A stretch of DNA of 64,000 nt from Rhizodiscina lignyota (lineage: Eukaryota), in contig ML978121.1 in assembly GCA_010015805.1 (NCBI GenBank), positions 3,472,001-3,536,000 of the forward strand, read 5' to 3'. A model generated the notes under the pieces. It was not told where the DNA came from. It saw only the letters and a list, made by a program, of their open reading frames with translations, and did no database searches. Below, piece by piece: positions 63,269-64,000 of this stretch; position 1 is the stretch's first letter; each line of letters begins with the position of its first letter. The translations under genes were made by a program, and so were the position numbers.

Positions 63269-64000
63269 CTAGCACACGTCCTCAACCTCTCCTTCGCCCT
63301 CCCTCGGTCCCAAGTCCGATCTCAGCGTTCTGTTGAACAGCTCCAGCAACATGCTGAAACAGATCTCTGCTACTGGTGGATCATATCTCCCCTTGGATGC
63401 CTCATCCCGAATGAAAGCATCTGTGTAGCACGTTAGCGAGCCGCATTATGAACATTGGCGGAGAAATTTTACGCTGTGTCCACGTTGCTTCGTAGAGGCT
63501 GTACAACACACCCGCGTCAGTCAACGTCTTGCGAATGAGGTCACGTCCTTCCGGCGGGATGTGCGTGTCCCTCTTGCCGAATATCTACATCTCGTCAGTG
63601 GACAAGTGATTACATTTCATACAACGAGGACAGGCGAGTGCACGAGCATACCATACAGAGCTCTCCCTTGATCTCGCCCGCGCGATCAAGAGAGTCGTCT
63701 TTCATGCCCTCGCCAAGCGCGTGCTTGTGCAAATCAGTCGCGAAATAGCACACCGCAGCAGAGACGCGCTTGTCCAGCGCAGCGCGGTACGCCAGATGGC
63801 CACCGAGACACATGCCGGTCGCGCCAATACGGCCAGTGCAGTTCGGAAGAGACAGCAGCAGGTCAACTGCAAGCTTCGAGTCTTCATCGTAAGCGGAGAC
63901 CTTCTTGGCGATCTTTAATTCGTTGCCTTTGTCAGTTCCGGGGCCATCGTACGGCAGCGGATCTGGGCCGATGAACTCATGGTACGAAGATGGAGCCGCG
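63269..64000 (-). CDS. Dienelactone hydrolase family protein, 5'-truncated by window edge
   Basis: ATGMCLGGHLAYRAA (nucleophile Cys), CYFATD, GKRDTHIPPEGR, QHAFIRDEASKGRYD. Two introns within the window. Confidence 0.9.

Overview
Eukaryotic, intron-rich DNA from a filamentous ascomycete (Pezizomycotina). Evidence: GT-AG introns of about 50-90 nt with CTRAC/CTAAY branch points, Zn2Cys6 and HET-domain genes, and RIP-like AT-rich patches. About 25 protein-coding genes can be modelled. Conserved genes include palH/RIM21, cwf23, an Aro80-like TF, iba57/caf17, phosducin phnA beside the G-protein beta subunit, chs7, mvp1 and dcn1. More variable genes include GH55, an SDR, a mucin-like protein, an amidohydrolase, a signal-less GH28-like enzyme, GT8, HET, an RBR ligase, MFS, OPT, a C2H2 protein and a dienelactone hydrolase. 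I recognised no tRNA, rRNA, CRISPR array, intact transposase or PKS/NRPS gene. The best leads are: (1) a head-to-head pair of secreted proteins (poly-Gly/Cys-rich protein and M35-like metalloprotease) bracketed by RIP-like DNA; (2) a 110-bp tandem array with a 220-bp higher-order period and possible RIP leakage into neighbouring genes; (3) an 86-aa spliced membrane microprotein missed by the ORF track; (4) a signal-less GH28-like enzyme beginning with an Atg8-interacting-type motif; (5) a divergent HET / RBR-ligase pair; (6) a GT8 with degenerate catalytic motifs. None is proven to be a new system. All family calls come from motif recognition by eye, not database searches.
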